DNA from: Heterodontus francisci
Taxonomy: Eukaryota
Length of the DNA: 64,000 nucleotides
Direction of reading: 5' to 3'
NCBI RefSeq assembly: GCF_036365525.1
Contig: NC_090380.1
Coordinates: forward strand, 96,061,942 to 96,125,941
In this document: positions 1 to 13,140 of the stretch, in pieces
Position numbering within the stretch: the stretch's first letter is position 1
Layout: each line of letters opens with the position of its first letter
Notes under the pieces: model-generated
The model's input: the letters and a program-made list of their open reading frames with translations, nothing else
The model's database searches: none
Told to the model about the DNA's origin: nothing
Translations under genes and position numbers: made by a program

Positions 1-1499
1 ACCATCTATACCCATGGGAAATAGGTGTCAGATTCTCCTCCCTTTACAGCAGACTATAAGCTCGATCCTAAAGTCAGGTCTGAAGTTGTTTTTGAATCTA
101 AACTGGAGCAATTCTGATCTACTTGTTTCACAAAACAAAAGCTCATCAAGCTCACATCTGTTTTTTCCAGTTTTGCCCATGCTAGATGAATTCTGAGTTC
201 AGACATTACCCCTGTTCTCTCAGGCAACATTCCACAAAAACCTACCCAGAAAATACCAAGTTTCAAAATGGAACTTTTAATTTGGATTGATTGCTCCAAA
301 AAAACAATCCACATCTGTATCCAAAGCATGGATTCAGGGCTTCCAAAAATTAAGTTCCACATTAGAATCTGAAATTTGGATCTGTTGACTCTATGTGTCC
401 TTTAGACTACCTAGAATATTTTCAGTCGAACTGGCTAATCAATAAATGTTTGTTGCCTGAATATGTTTTTCAAACTGAGGTGAAGGGGCCAAACCTTAGG
501 GGGCAGGATGGTACTAAGGTTGAAGGAGATGAAACAAATGAGGAAATAGCGATTTAGTGATGATTACAAGGATGAGATAAGATTGGTGAGAAAAAACAGC
601 AAAACATGGATCAGGCAGCCATCCCAAGATACTGCACAAATCTTGTAGGACTCAGTAGTATCTAGTGGAGTGCCTTTTGATACTATACCCAAGTAATCTA
701 AAGGGATCTGTCAAAAACATTTGTTGATTGCTAATGTCAAGAAACATTTATATTCTTGAAAAAAATTATGTTTCCTTTTAAGTGGCTTATTCATTAGAAA
801 AAAGTGCAAATGAAGACAAGAATTGTTGCTTGCTTTTAGTAACTATATTCAACATGTATATAGTACAAGGTTATAGACTTAAAGTTTATTATTGATTTAT
901 GAGAACTCTGTTATTGAATATTTCTGATCCAACATTTTTTTCTCCTGCTAAAGTAATCTGTTATCCATACCTAATTATCTTTAAGGTGAAAGGTCAGTGG
1001 ACAGTGTCTGGTCAATGATGGTCAGATGGAAATTTATAACTACTTTCAGTACGTCTGCTGTCTTCTCAGATCAATTATGCAGCTAATGACAACCAATACT
1101 TTCATCTGTGATTAAACAGCAGCTCTATCTTAGAATAACTCGAGACTCTTTGGAAACCTATGTATTGATCTCTTTAATAGAAGAAAGGAAAAAAATAAAA
1201 TTATTGTGGTTGCTTGTGGCAAAACGATGACAAATGGGTACCTAGAGTGTTGTGGAAGGTTCTGTGTGAGGATTGTACTTTCTGTGTCAGAGTGCATATA
1301 AAATGTCTGTATTTTGATGTGAATCACCCTGAGTCAGTCTTGTGCTGCGCTGCATACTTGTGTAAAATTGTCTCAGTTTCTTCTCATGACATGCTTTCTC
1401 AGTAGCTAACTACTTCCAACCCACAAAGGTCAAGTGACTGTGCACAGTAATATAGGTCAAACTTATTGCAAACAACACAAACATTTCTGTGATTTTTCT

Positions 1500-1860
1500 T
1501 TTTCTGTTTGGCAATCTTGGGCAAAGAATCAAGGTTCCATATTACAGGACACCAGCAAAAGTTGAAAGAAGTATAAGTAACTCATGAAATAATGGCTGAG
1601 TGTCAGAGTTTGGGTTTTAAAAACCTGGAGATTTCACAAAGAATTAAGGATTGAAGTAGCCTATCATAATTTCGGAATCCAGGGGAAGAATAAATAAGAG
1701 ACATGTGGTGGCTCTTGATTTCAACAGAGGATTTGAGGGGTGGGGCATGTAGTACGTATCAGATGCACTTTCTTTTGATGAAGAGGGCATTCCCTTGTAT
1801 AATTGATTGGCCAAATGGCCTCTGTCTGTGCTGTAACCATTTGAATCTATTCTACATGGG
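1500..1860 (+). mobile_element. Old, degraded CR1 LINE 3' fragment
   Basis: Ends in ggccaaatggcctctgtctgtgctgtaaccatttgaatctattcta, resembling the CR1 tail hairpin plus (attctat)-type repeat of younger copies in this window. Confidence 0.45.
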
Positions 1861-2039
1861 GCCTAGTCAATGTACATCTATAAGGTATTAATGAGTGAAG
1901 AACAATGTATGAATATAATATATGCTGATATAACCCTTTTAAAGTTCCTCTATCATATTAATTCATATTTTTGTCAAAGGCTTGTTAAATAAGAAACAAC
2001 CTTTCATTATTTTTGATGTTATAAAGAAACTTATGTTTA

Positions 2040-3235
2040 TGTATTGCCTTTATCAGAGAAAATGGTTGCTGAGCCAAACGAGAAAACAACAGGAAGAATG
2101 ACAAAAAACTTGACCAGAGAGATGGGTTTTAAGAAGGAGGAGGAGGAGTTAGTGGATTTGCCAGTGGACTTAGGAAGGAACTTCCAGCGTTTAGGATCTA
2201 GGTGCCTAAAAACATAGCTGCTAATGATGGGGCGAAGGACAAGAGGGACATACACAAGAAGAGAGAGTCAAAGAAATGAAGATTTCAGCCAGGGGTTTGG
2301 AGGTGGAGCACTGGTGGAAGTTAGAGATAGTAGGGAGAAGACTATAGCGGGATTTAAAAACAAGGATGCAAATTTTAAATTTGAGGCATTGGGGGACTGA
2401 AAGACAAATTAGGTCAACAAAGACAGTGGTGATAGGTGAGTGTTGTGAGATAGGATATGACAGCAAAGTTTTTGAGCTCAAGTTAAGGGAGGTTAGAGAA
2501 TGGGAGGCTGGCTAGGACAGCATTGGAATAGTGTTTAGATGACAAAGGCATGAATAAAGGTTTCTGTGGCAGGTCGGGTGCAGGACAGTCATGTTTGCAT
2601 ATGAGAAAATAGGTAGTGTTTCTGATAGAGCTGAGTTAAAGATGAATCTCAGGCTTGAACAGGATACTGAGGCAGTGGTTCGGAGGAGAAAGGAATTGGT
2701 GGTGAGAGGACAGAGTTTATGAGGAGTGAGTCTGAATTCAATGACTGTAGTCGTCCCAACTTTTAGCTGGAAGAAGTTACAGCTCATCTAAGAAATGTCA
2801 GACAAGCAGTCTGACAGCACAGAGGCAGTGGAAGGGGTTGAAGGAAGGGGCGGGGAGATAGCACTGGGTGTTATTAGTGTGCATAGGGAATCTGACCCAA
2901 GCTGTAGATGATATTGTCAAAGAACAGCATGTAAATTAGGAAGATGAGGTGTGCTAAGGATGGATCCTTGACAGAATCCCAAGATGACAGTGTAGGGTGG
3001 AAAGCGAAGTCATTGATAGGGATGCTTGGGCTATGTTTGGATATATAAGAACGGGAGCAAGCAAGGGCAGTCCCACCGAGCTAACCAGTGAAGGAAAGAT
3101 ATTGAAGGAGGATGGTGACTGTGTCAAAGGCTGCAGAGAGGCTGAGGAGGAGGAAGGATAATGCACCACATTCACAGTCAGAAAATGTTTTTTGTGATGT
3201 TGACTGGAGCCATTTCAGTGTCATTTTAAAGCAGG
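2040..3235 (-). mobile_element. L2 LINE 3' fragment (degraded)
   Basis: Minus-strand peptides such as HSPITTVFVDLICLSVPQCLKFKICILVFKS and LGILSRIHP resemble the L2 ORF2 C-terminus and RT; similar to 13141-14735 and 39462-40085. Confidence 0.7.
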
Positions 3236-3679
3236 TAATCATTTCAGTAAAAATAACCTGGAAGCAGCATTATAGAGGCAATCCTGCAAAATGGCTGAGA
3301 GTTCTGGACATTCTGGACTCTTCTGGCAAATGGGTTACATACTTAAGATGGTTTCCTTTTTTACTAGATGAACCATGAAAATAATTGATACAGTTTTCAG
3401 GTGCATAACACTATGCGTTACAGTACCTTTAAATATACTACATATTAGGAAATGCTTATTAGTAGTATATAAAGACATTGCTTAAAAATCAATGCTTATT
3501 CACTACTGTGTACAAATTTATAAGATTGCATTTAGTTTAATCAATAGCATAAATTTCTAGGGGATCTGACTGCATCAATATTATTATCTCTCAACTGGGG
3601 GAGGGAAGAAAGTGGACCATGTAGGTAAGCAGACCTAGTAGAACAACAAGGCTCTAAATTCCTCAGACTTTCACAAATC

Positions 3680-4075
3680 TTGGGTATTCAACAACTTGTG
3701 TTTCTATAATGCCCTTCACACAATAACATACTTTACAGGTGGTGCAATGTGCATCAAGCAGGAAATAGGAGAGAAAGTAGAAGAGGTTCCTGAATGTAAT
3801 GGTGAAGCACAAAGTTTTGAGGAGTTTTTTGAAAGTAGGAAGAGAGATACTGAAGGCAAGAGGCCGAGAGAGAATTCCAGTATGAGAGAGCATAGTGATT
3901 TAAAGATGAGGATGACTTTTGAAGGACGTACTGAGGAACAGGAAGCCAGTAAGGATGGATGTACAAGACTTTATTTGGCATACACTAGGACCCACAGAGT
4001 GCTGAGCTGAGTGAGGTAGAGGTTGTGCAGGCTAGAGCTGTAGATGCTGGTGAGAAGACGATTGGAGACATCAAA
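3680..4075 (-). mobile_element. L2-like 3' end fragment
   Basis: Minus translation FSISLPTFKKLLKTLCF resembles the L2 ORF2 terminus. Confidence 0.5.
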
Positions 4076-5544
4076 ACGTTATATGAGAGGTTCAGTGGCG
4101 GTGAGGCGTTGCTGTGGTGTTCAACTTATGGTTATTAAAAAAAACTGGAATATGGAGCATGTATGCACTTCCCGGGTCCACTGCAGTGCTGATGACACCG
4201 CTGGCTTTTAATTGGCCCCTCCTAGTCATCCCTCACTCCCTCAATCGCACCCCCCCCCCATACTGATCACCCCTTCATTCCAATCGACCCTCCCCTTCCC
4301 AATCACCCCCACTCCCAATCGCACCATCCTCCAGATTTCCTCCTCGCAGCCTATCACTCCCTTCCTCCTTATTGCCCTCTGCTCCTCTCTATTTCCGCCT
4401 CCTGATCAGCCCCTTCTTCTCTACTGCCCCTCCCTTCCTCCTGATCGCCCTGACTCTCTCCTGATCACCCGCATTACTCACTCAGGACCTACTTGGGATG
4501 CAGTAGTCCGGAATTGAAGTCATCTTTGCTGGTGAGCTGCCTTGGGATACTCAGCAGGCATCTGTGGCTTGCCAGTTTCATGTAAGTGAGACTCAAGGCC
4601 CAATAACAGGTGTACCTCAGGCAACTCATTCCGGTGCAGCTTGCCCAGGATTGTCCTCCTAGCAGCAGTGTTCTGGTGGGACAGAACTTCCACCGGCACT
4701 TCCAACAGCACCAGAATCCTGAACCCAATGTTCTTCATGCCGACACAAATCAATTTCTAGAATTTAGCATTTTCTGTAGAAAAAGTCCTTGTAACAAGCA
4801 TGGACCTACCTGCCCAGATACAGATAAGGTGAAAACCCTGTAGATAATGATGGGACCCAGAAGATGGTGGAAACTAACTGAGTGCTACTATAGACTATCA
4901 TAGAAGACTTATCATGAAGAAAAAAATGAGTATGATAGAAACATTCAACTTTAGAGTGTTGAGGGCATGAGGGGTGAGCTAAGGAAACTGGACTGGACAG
5001 CATAGTTAGAGGGGAAGAGCATGGAAGAAAATTACACAGAACAGGAAGAAGGGTAACAGATGGGAAATGCCAATGTGGGCAGCAGTGTAAGCAATGCAGG
5101 AACAAGGCAAAAGAGATTGGCCAGGATTGTATTCCCAAGGCTGTGTTCCAGTGTGGTTGGATCTCCAACTGCATTTCTAACACCACCAGAATCCTGAACC
5201 AATTCAGTCCGCATACACGGTGGATGCCATGTGGGATCATCACCACTACAGCATTAGAACAGGAGCGAGGCATTTAAAGGGGCTGAAATGACCAAAGATC
5301 TGGTAATTGTCATCTTGGTGGACATAGCCAAAGAAGGTAAGTGAGGGCCATATTGGAGCGACAGGAGGCTACTGGTTAGGCTGCATACAAATCATGTTTT
5401 CTTGAACAAAGCTGACCCAGCGCCAGCTGCATTCAGTGATGCTTTACTTTGCAAAGGGGATCTCCTCAGGAAATAGGCCCCCTCTTTGTATGTGCAAACA
5501 TTTCAGACATGCGCCTTGGACACCTCTTTTTCTGCCTTTACCAT

Positions 5545-5945
5545 ATGAACATGCAAATTAGGAGCAGCAGTAGACCATTCGGCCCCTCGAGCCTGCTCCA
5601 CCATTTGATAAGATCATGGCTTATCTGATTGTGGCCTCAACTCTACTTTCCTGTCTCCCCCCTATATCCTTTGACTCCCTCGTCAATCAAGAATCCACCT
5701 AACTCAGCCTTAAAAATATTCAATGACCCTGCCTCCACTGCTCTCTGGGGAAGAGAATTCCACAGACTAATGACTCTCAGAGAAAAAAAATTCTCCTCAT
5801 CTGTGTCACAAATGGGAGACCCCAAGCTGTGTCCCTTGGTTCTAGTCTCTCTCATAAGGGGAAACATCCTTTCAGCATCCACCCTGTCACGTCCCCTCAA
5901 GATCTTATATGTTTCAATAAGATCACCTCTCATTCTTCTAGGCAA
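5545..5945 (-). mobile_element. CR1 LINE 3' fragment
   Basis: ORF 5643..5945 RRMRGDLIETYKILRG...FFSLRVISLWNSLP is the CR1 ORF2 C-terminus, followed by the tail hairpin. Confidence 0.9.
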
Positions 5946-6164
5946 CAGGGCTGAAATTTCAATATGTTAATAAATGTAAATGAATGAATAATTACTTACC
6001 TTGTTGCGCCAGCTGTCCCACTCCGATATTACGGTCAGTGGCCAGCACTCCTGCACCATCGGATCTCTGTCCGGAGGTCTAATGTGGGATACTGGTGGGG
6101 AGGGGGAAGGAGGAATGCATTTCAATGTGTGGGGAGGTGGGGGGTGGGAAGCAGGGTCAAAACT

Positions 6165-6300
6165 GGAATTGATAGATTTTTGTTAAGCAAGGGTTACGAA
6201 ACCAAGACAGGTAGATGGTGTTAAGATACATATCAGGTATGATCTAATTGAAGAGTGGAACAGTCTTGAGGGGCTGAATGGCCTCCTCCTGTCCCTATAA
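6165..6300 (+). mobile_element. CR1 3' tail fragment
   Basis: gaattgatagatttttgttaagcaaggg...gggctgaatggcctcctcctgtccctat. Confidence 0.7.
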
Positions 6301-6424
6301 TCTTAGGGTTAGTAATAGGGCCTGTTTATGTTTGCAGCAACATTCTTCACCCAGGATTCACCACTAATTGCAGCCATGTCAAGATAATGTTTGCAAGTAA
6401 ATACTAAAAAAAAGTACAATCGAT

Positions 6425-6560
6425 CAAAATCAAAATACTGCGGATGCTGGAAATCTGAAATAAAAACAGAAAATGCTGGAAATACTCAACAGATCTGGCA
6501 GCATCTATGGAGCGAGAAATAAATTTAGTGTTTTGGGTCGATGACCCTTCATCAGAACAA
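6425..6560 (-). mobile_element. Penelope terminal-repeat fragment with hammerhead-like core
   Basis: Reverse complement gttCTGATGAagggtcatcgacccaaaacac...gatgctgccagatctgttgagtatttccagc matches the Penelope 3' end at 32335-32435. Confidence 0.75.
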
Positions 6561-7342
6561 TCGATCAATGCTGGAGTGTAAATATAAAATTCAGGTACAC
6601 TATTCATTTGCTGCTGTAAATAAATTATGATAACTATTAGCAGCTCGTAGAAATCATTTTGAGATAACTGCATCATGTGATTCTTCTTGGAAAGTGTTGA
6701 GCTGCTTTCTCAGCACATCTAAGGCAAGACATGCATTCCAAGTTTCATTGGATGTCAGATTACCCCGCTGAGTATACAAGACCCACAGCAGTGGTCTGAC
6801 AGGCCTCAGCTGACCACAAAGCTATGCTTAAATGGAAGTGGAACTACTCAACATCATTATTATTACTCTTACTGGTTTGTCGGACACAAGGCATCACGGC
6901 TAACAAATGAGGGAGAGGGCACTGCATGCCTGGACTAGTGTTAGGAAATATTATTTAGTGTTAGGAAAAAAGCCCTAACAAGAACATCAATACCATAGCA
7001 ATCTTTATCTCCCAGTTATTGATGGGCAGCCATGCTGAGGGGTATTAACTGCAGTGTCTTTGAACCTGAATTGCTTTCCCTTTTATCTTTACAACTGAAC
7101 TAAAAGACTTTGCATTTTCATATTTCACCTTGATTAATCCTCAAGGCTTTTAGGGGGAAGTTATTTTAACAGTCCATTACTGGACTGATTTGCTTCTATT
7201 GACTGAACAATGCATGTCAAAACAATTACACCAAGTTTCATTAGATGCAGTGAGAGGGTGATGATGCTGTGGTATAGCAGCCCGTGAAACCAAACCAATG
7301 GCGGGAATAATTTCATAATTTAACCCTTTTAGTTCCAGTATC

Positions 7343-8120
7343 ATGGTTGTGGTTGTTGGAGGTCAATCATCTGAGCTTCAGGATATCACTACAGGAGTTC
7401 CTCAGGGTAGTGTCCTAGGCCCAGCCATCTTCAGCTGCCTCATCAATGACCTTCCTTCAATCATGAGGTCAGAAGTGGGGATGTTCGCTGATGATTACGC
7501 AATGTTCAGCACCATTCGTAAATCTTCAGATAGTGAAGCAGTCCATGTAGAAATGCAGCAAGACCTGGACAATATCCAGGCTTGGGCTGATAAGTGGCAA
7601 ATAACATTCGTGCCACACAAGTGCCAGGCAATGACCATCTCCAACAAGAGAGAATCTAACCATCTCCCCTTGACATTCAATGGCATTACCATCGCTGAAT
7701 CCCCCACTATCAACATCCTACGGGCTACCATTGACCAGAAACTGAACTGGAGTAGCCATATAAATACTGTAGCTACAAGAGCAGGTCAGAGGCTAGGAAT
7801 CCTGCAGCGAGTAACTCACCTCCTGACTCCTCAAAGCCTGTCCACAATCTACAAGGCACAAGTCAGGAGTGTGATGGAATACTCTCCACTTGCCTGGATG
7901 GGTGCAGCTTCAACAACACTCAAGAAGCTCGACACCATCCAGGACAAAGAAGCCGCTTGTTTGGCACCCTTCCTAACAGCACTGTGGGTATACCTACCCC
8001 ACATGGACTGCAGCGGTTCAAGAAGGCAGCTCACCACCATCTTCTCAAGGGCAATTAGGGATGGGCAATAAATGCTGGCCTGGCCAGCGATGCCCACATC
8101 CCGTGAAGGAATAAAAAAAA
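7343..8120 (+). mobile_element. tRNA-headed LINE family, 5'-truncated copy with internal deletion
   Basis: ORF 7343..8071 has GVPQGSVLGP, FADD and YKAQVRSVMEY; the tail gggcaattagggatgggcaataaatgctggcc...cccacatcccgtg ends in poly(A). Confidence 0.92.
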
Positions 8121-8256
8121 TGTTTCTGCCTTGTCTTTACTTTCCATGTTTGCTCGTTATTTCCTTTAGTTAGGATATTCTGCTTTCAATTCTCGGCACT
8201 GCACCTCTGGAAGGATATATTGGCCTTGGAGGGGGTGCAGTGCAAATTCACCAGAA

Positions 8257-11200
8257 TTTTTTTAAAATTCATTCATGGGATGTGGGCGTCGCTGGCCAGG
8301 CCAGCATTTATTGCCCATTCCTAATTGCCCTTGAGAAGGTGGTGGTGAGCGTCCTTCTTGAACCGCTGCAGCCCACAGTGCTGTTAGGAAGGGAGTTCCA
8401 GGATTTTGACCCAGCAACAGTGAAGGAACGGTGATACAGTTCAAAGTCAGCATGGTATGTGACTTGGAGGGGAACTTGCAGGTGATGGTGTTCCCATGCA
8501 TTTGCTGCCCTTGTCCTTCTAGTTGGTAGAGGTCGCGGGTTTGGAAGGTGCTGTCTAAGGAGCCTTGGTGCATTGCTGCAGTGTATCTTGTAGATGGTAC
8601 ACACTGCTGCCACTGTGCGTCAGTGGTGGAGCAAGTGAATGTTTGTAGATGGGGTGCCAATCAAGCAGGCTGCTTTGTCCTGGATGGTGTCGAGCTTCTT
8701 GAGTGTTGTTGGAGCTGCACCCATCCAGGCAAGTGGAGAGTATTCCATCACACTCCTGACTTGTGCCTTGTAGATTGTGGACAGGCTTTGGGGAGTCAGG
8801 AGTTGAGTTACTCGCCTCAGGATTCCTAGTCTTTGACCTGCTCTTGTAGCCACGGAATTTATATGGCTACTCCAGTTCAGTTTTCGGTCAATGGTAGCCC
8901 CTAGGATGTTGATAGTGGGGGATTCAGCGATGGTAATGCCGTTGAATGTCAAGGGGAGATGGTTAGATTCTCTCTTGTTGGAGATGGTCATTGCCTGGCA
9001 CTTGTGTGGCGCAAATGTTACTTGCCACTTATCAGCCCAAGCCTGGATATTGTCCAGGTCTTACTGCATTTCTACACAGACTGCTTCAGTATCTGAGGAG
9101 TCATGAATGGTGCTGAACATTGTGCAATCATCAGCGAGCATCCCGACTTCTGACCTTATGATTGAAGGAAGGTCATTGATGAAGCAGCTGAAGATGGTTG
9201 GGCCCAGGACACTACCCTGAGGAACTCCTGCAGCGATGTCCTGGAGCTCAGATGATTGACCTCCAACAACCACAACCATCTTCCTTTGCCCTAGGTATGA
9301 CTCCAGCCTGCGGAGGGTTTTCCCCCTGATTCCCATTGACCTCAGATTTGCTAGGGCTCCTTGATGCCATACTCGGACAAATGCTGCCTTGATGTCAAGG
9401 GTAGTCACTCTCACCTCACCTCTTGAGTTCAGCTCTTTTGTCCATGTTTGAACCAAGGCTGGAATGAGGTCAGGAGCTGAGTGGCCCTGGCGGAACCCAA
9501 ACTGAGTATCACTGAGCAGGTTGTTCCTCAGCAAGTGCCGCTTGATGGCACTGCTGATGACACCTTCCATCACTTTACTGATGATTGAGAGGAGGCTAAT
9601 GGGGCGGTAGTTGGCCGGGTTGGATTTGTCCTGCTTTTTGTGTACAGGACATACCTGGGCAATGTTCCACATTGCAGGGTAGATGCCAGTGTTGTAGCTG
9701 TACTGGAACAGCTTGGCTAGGGGCGCGGCAAGTTCTGGAGCACAGGTCTTCAGTACTATTTTTGTAATATTGTCAGGGCCCATAGCTTTTGCAGTATCCA
9801 GTGCCATCAGTCGTTTCTTGATATCACGTGGAGTGAATCGAATTGGCTGAAGTCTGGCATCTGTGATGTGGCAGGACTGCAGAGCTTAGATCTGATCTGT
9901 TGGTTATGGGATTGCTTAGCTCTTTCTATTGCATGCTGCTTACGCAGTTTGTCATGAAAGTAGTCCTGGGTTGTAGCTTCACCAGGTTGACACCTCATTT
10001 TGAGGTATCCTGGTGCTGCTCCTAGCATGCCCTCCTGCACTCTTCGTTGAACCAGGGCTGGTCTCCTGGCTTGATGGTAATGGTAGAGTGGGGATATGCC
10101 GGGCCATGAGGTTACAGATTGTGGTTGAGTACAATTCTGCTGCTGCTGCTGGCCCACAGCGCCTCGTGGAGGCCCAGTTTTGCATTGCTAGATCCGTTCG
10201 AAATCTATCCCATTCAGCACGGTGATCGTGCCACACAACACGATGGACGGTATCCTCAATGTGAAGGCGGGACTTCGTCTCCACAAAGACTGTGCGGTGG
10301 TCACTCCTACCAATACTGTCATGGACAGATGCATCTGCGGCAGGCAGATTGGTGAGGACGAGGTCGAGTATGTTGTTCCTTCGTGTTGGTTCCCCCACCA
10401 CCTGCCGCAGACCCAGTCTAGCAGCCAAGTCCTTTAGGACTCGGCCAGTAGTGGTGCTACCGAGCCACTCATGGTGATGGACATTGAAGTCCCCCACCCA
10501 GAGTACATTTTGTGCCCTTGCCACCCTCAGTGTTTCCTCCAAGTGCTGTTCAACATGGAGGAGTACTGAGTCATCAGCTGAGGGAGGGCGGTAGGTGGTA
10601 ATCAGTAGGAGGTTACCTTGCCCAGATTTGACCCGATGCCATGAGACTTCATGAGGTCCGGAGTCGATGTTGAGGACTCCCAGGACAACTCCCTCCCTGC
10701 TGTATACCACTGTGCCACCACCTCTGCTGGGTCTGTCCTGCCGGTGGGACAGGACGTACCCGGGGATGGTGATGGCAGTGTCTGGGACATTGTCTGTTAG
10801 GTATGATTCCGTGAGTATGACTATGTCAGGCTGTTGCTTGACTAGTCTGTGGGACAGCTCCCCCAACTTTGGCACAAGCCCCCAGATGTTAGTAAGGAGG
10901 ACTTTTCAGGGTTGACAGGGCTGGGTTTGCCGTTGTCGTTTCCGGTGCCTAGGTCGATGCCGGGTGGTCCGTCCGGTTTCATTCCTTTTTATTGACTTTG
11001 TAGCGGTTAGTTACAACTGAGTGGCTTGCTAGGCCATTTCAGAGGGCATGTAAGAGTTAACCACATTGCTGTGGGTCTGAAGTCACATGTAGGCCAGACC
11101 AGGTCAGGACAGCAGATTTCCTTCCCGAAAGGACATTAGTGAACTAGATGGGTTTTTACAACAATCGACAATGGTTTCATGGCCATCATTCGACCGGTTT

Positions 11201-11330
11201 TAATTCCAGATTTTTATTAAGTTCAAATTCCACCTTCTGCTGTGGTGGGATTCGAACCCATGTCCCCAGAGGAATACCCTGGGTCTCTGGGTTACTAGTC
11301 CAGTGATAATACCACTACACCACCGCCTAC
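8257..11330 (-). mobile_element. Near full-length single-ORF APE-RT LINE (CR1 group, Zenon-like) with tRNA-derived 5' head, copy 1
   Basis: ORFs 9979..10875 (APE: TESYL, YRPP, GDFN, SDH), 9061..9807 (RT: NYRPISLL, QFGFR, GVPQGSVLGP, LADD), 8620..8991 and 8308..8613. Frameshifted, with a ~190 bp deletion near 9866. Zenon-like label is from recalled motif similarity. Confidence 0.92.
11248..11330 (-). promoter_or_regulatory. tRNA-derived Pol III internal promoter (A and B box) at LINE 5' end
   Basis: A box TGGTGTAGTGG (11322-11312) and B box GGTTCGAATCC (11258-11248); anticodon-like loop CTAGTAA as in tRNA-Thr(AGT). Confidence 0.8.
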
Positions 11331-11439
11331 TGATTCAAGTAATTGCAAGTCCATAAAAAGTCAGCGTAAGGAATGGTATTCTGAATTGAAAATCATTCTG
11401 AAGTTGAGAATCATGCTGATTTAATATTAATTTCAAAGT

Positions 11440-12935
11440 AGAAAAGTCACCCAGCTCAAATGGGATGCATCCTAGGTTACTGAGGGAAATAAGTGTGGAA
11501 ATGGTGGCCACAATCTTCCAAACCTTCTTAGAATTGGGAGTGATGGATTGCAAATATTACATCCTGTTCTAAAGAGGGATGAGGGGTGAACCTGATAGTT
11601 ACTGGCCAGTTGGCCTAACGTTGCTGATAGGGAAATTTTTAGAGACAATAATCTGGAACAAGGTTAATTGGCACTTGGAAACGTATTGGTTAATAAATGA
11701 AAGTCAGCATGGATATGTTAAAGGCAAACAATGTTGCACTAATTTGATTGAATTCTTTGATGAAGTGATGGAGAGGGTTGGTGAGGATAATGCGGTTGAT
11801 GTGTATTTGGACTTTCAAATGGTGTTTGATAAAGTAACACATAATAAACTTGTCAGCAAAATTAAAGCAGGATTAAAGGAGCATTAACAGTGTGGACACG
11901 AAATTACTTAAGGTACTGAAAGCAGAGAGTAGAGGTGAACAGTTGTTTTTCAGAGGAAAGTAGACAGTGGTGCCCTCCAGCAGTATTAGGGCCACTTCTC
12001 TTTTTGATATTTATTAATGACCTGGGCTTGGGCATACAGGGCATAATTTCAAAGTTTGCAGATGACATGAAACTCAGAGATGTGGTAAACAATGCGAAGA
12101 ATAGTAAGAGGCTTCTGGAGGGCAGAGACAGATTGGTGAAATGGGCAGACACATGGCAGATGAAATTTTATGCAGCGAAGCGTGAAGTGATACATTTCGG
12201 TTGGAAGAATGCAGAGAGACAATGTAAACTAAATGCTACAATTTTAAAGGAGTGCCTGACCTGGGAGGTGTGTGTACACAAATTTTTGAAGGTAGCAGGA
12301 CAAGTTGAGAAGGCTGTTACAAAAGCGTATGCAATCCTTGGCTGTATTAATAATGGCATAGAATACAAAAGCAAGGAAGTTATGTTAAGCCTTTATCAAA
12401 CACTGGTTAGGCCTCAGCTTTGGGCACCACACTTTAGAAAGGATGTCAAGGCCTTTGAGAAGTTGCAGAAGAGATTTACTAGAATGGTACCAGGGATGAG
12501 GGACTTCCACAGAATGTGGAAAGACTGGAAAAGCTGGGATTGTTCTCCTTAGATCAGAGTAGGTTTAGAGGAGATTTAATGGAGGTGTTCACAATCATGA
12601 ATGATTTTGAAAGAGTAAATAAGGAGATTTTTTTTTCCAGTGGCAGAAGGGTCAGTAGCTAGGGGTCACAGATTTAAGGTGATTGGCAAATAAAGCAGAG
12701 GCAGCACAAGGAAAAAGAAAATTACACAGCAAGTTGTTGTGATCTGGAATGCACAGCCTCAGGGGTGGTAGAAACAGATTCAATAGTGACTTTCAAAAGG
12801 GATTTTTATAAATGCTTGAAGGGAAAACATTGACAGGGCAATGGGGAAAGAGCAGGGCAGTGGGATAAAGAGCTAGCACAGACACAAAGGGTTGAATGGC
12901 CTCCTTCTGTGCTGTATCATTATATAATTCTATAA
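11440..12935 (+). mobile_element. CR1 LINE, 5'-truncated and degraded
   Basis: ORFs 11579..11887 (SQHGYVKGK, YLDFQMVFDKV) and 11935..12552 (VLGPLLFLIFINDL, KFADD); tail gttgaatggcctccttctgtgctgtat. Confidence 0.92.
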
Positions 12936-13140
12936 GCTGCAGAATCTCCATCTAGCCAGAAAGTCCTACCAACAATACACTTTAAAATGACCTGATGTCA
13001 GTATTTAGGAAGAAAAGCTTCCCTAAAGCTTGTTGATATGTTAATAGTTGTAGGAAATAACATAACAATGCCGCCGATCATATTAAGTATGTGGGGTCCA
13101 GAGGCCTTTGGGCCAGTGCTAATTCAATTACTTTTAAACT

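Noticed and set aside
14-362. Overlapping 60-aa and 102-aa ORFs at the window start
   Set aside because: No recognisable domain or convincing splice context.
4670-5210. Two similar ~60 bp segments (caccagaatcctgaacc at about 4710 and 5185)
   Set aside because: Probably fragments of a decayed non-autonomous repeat; I could not define termini or a TSD.
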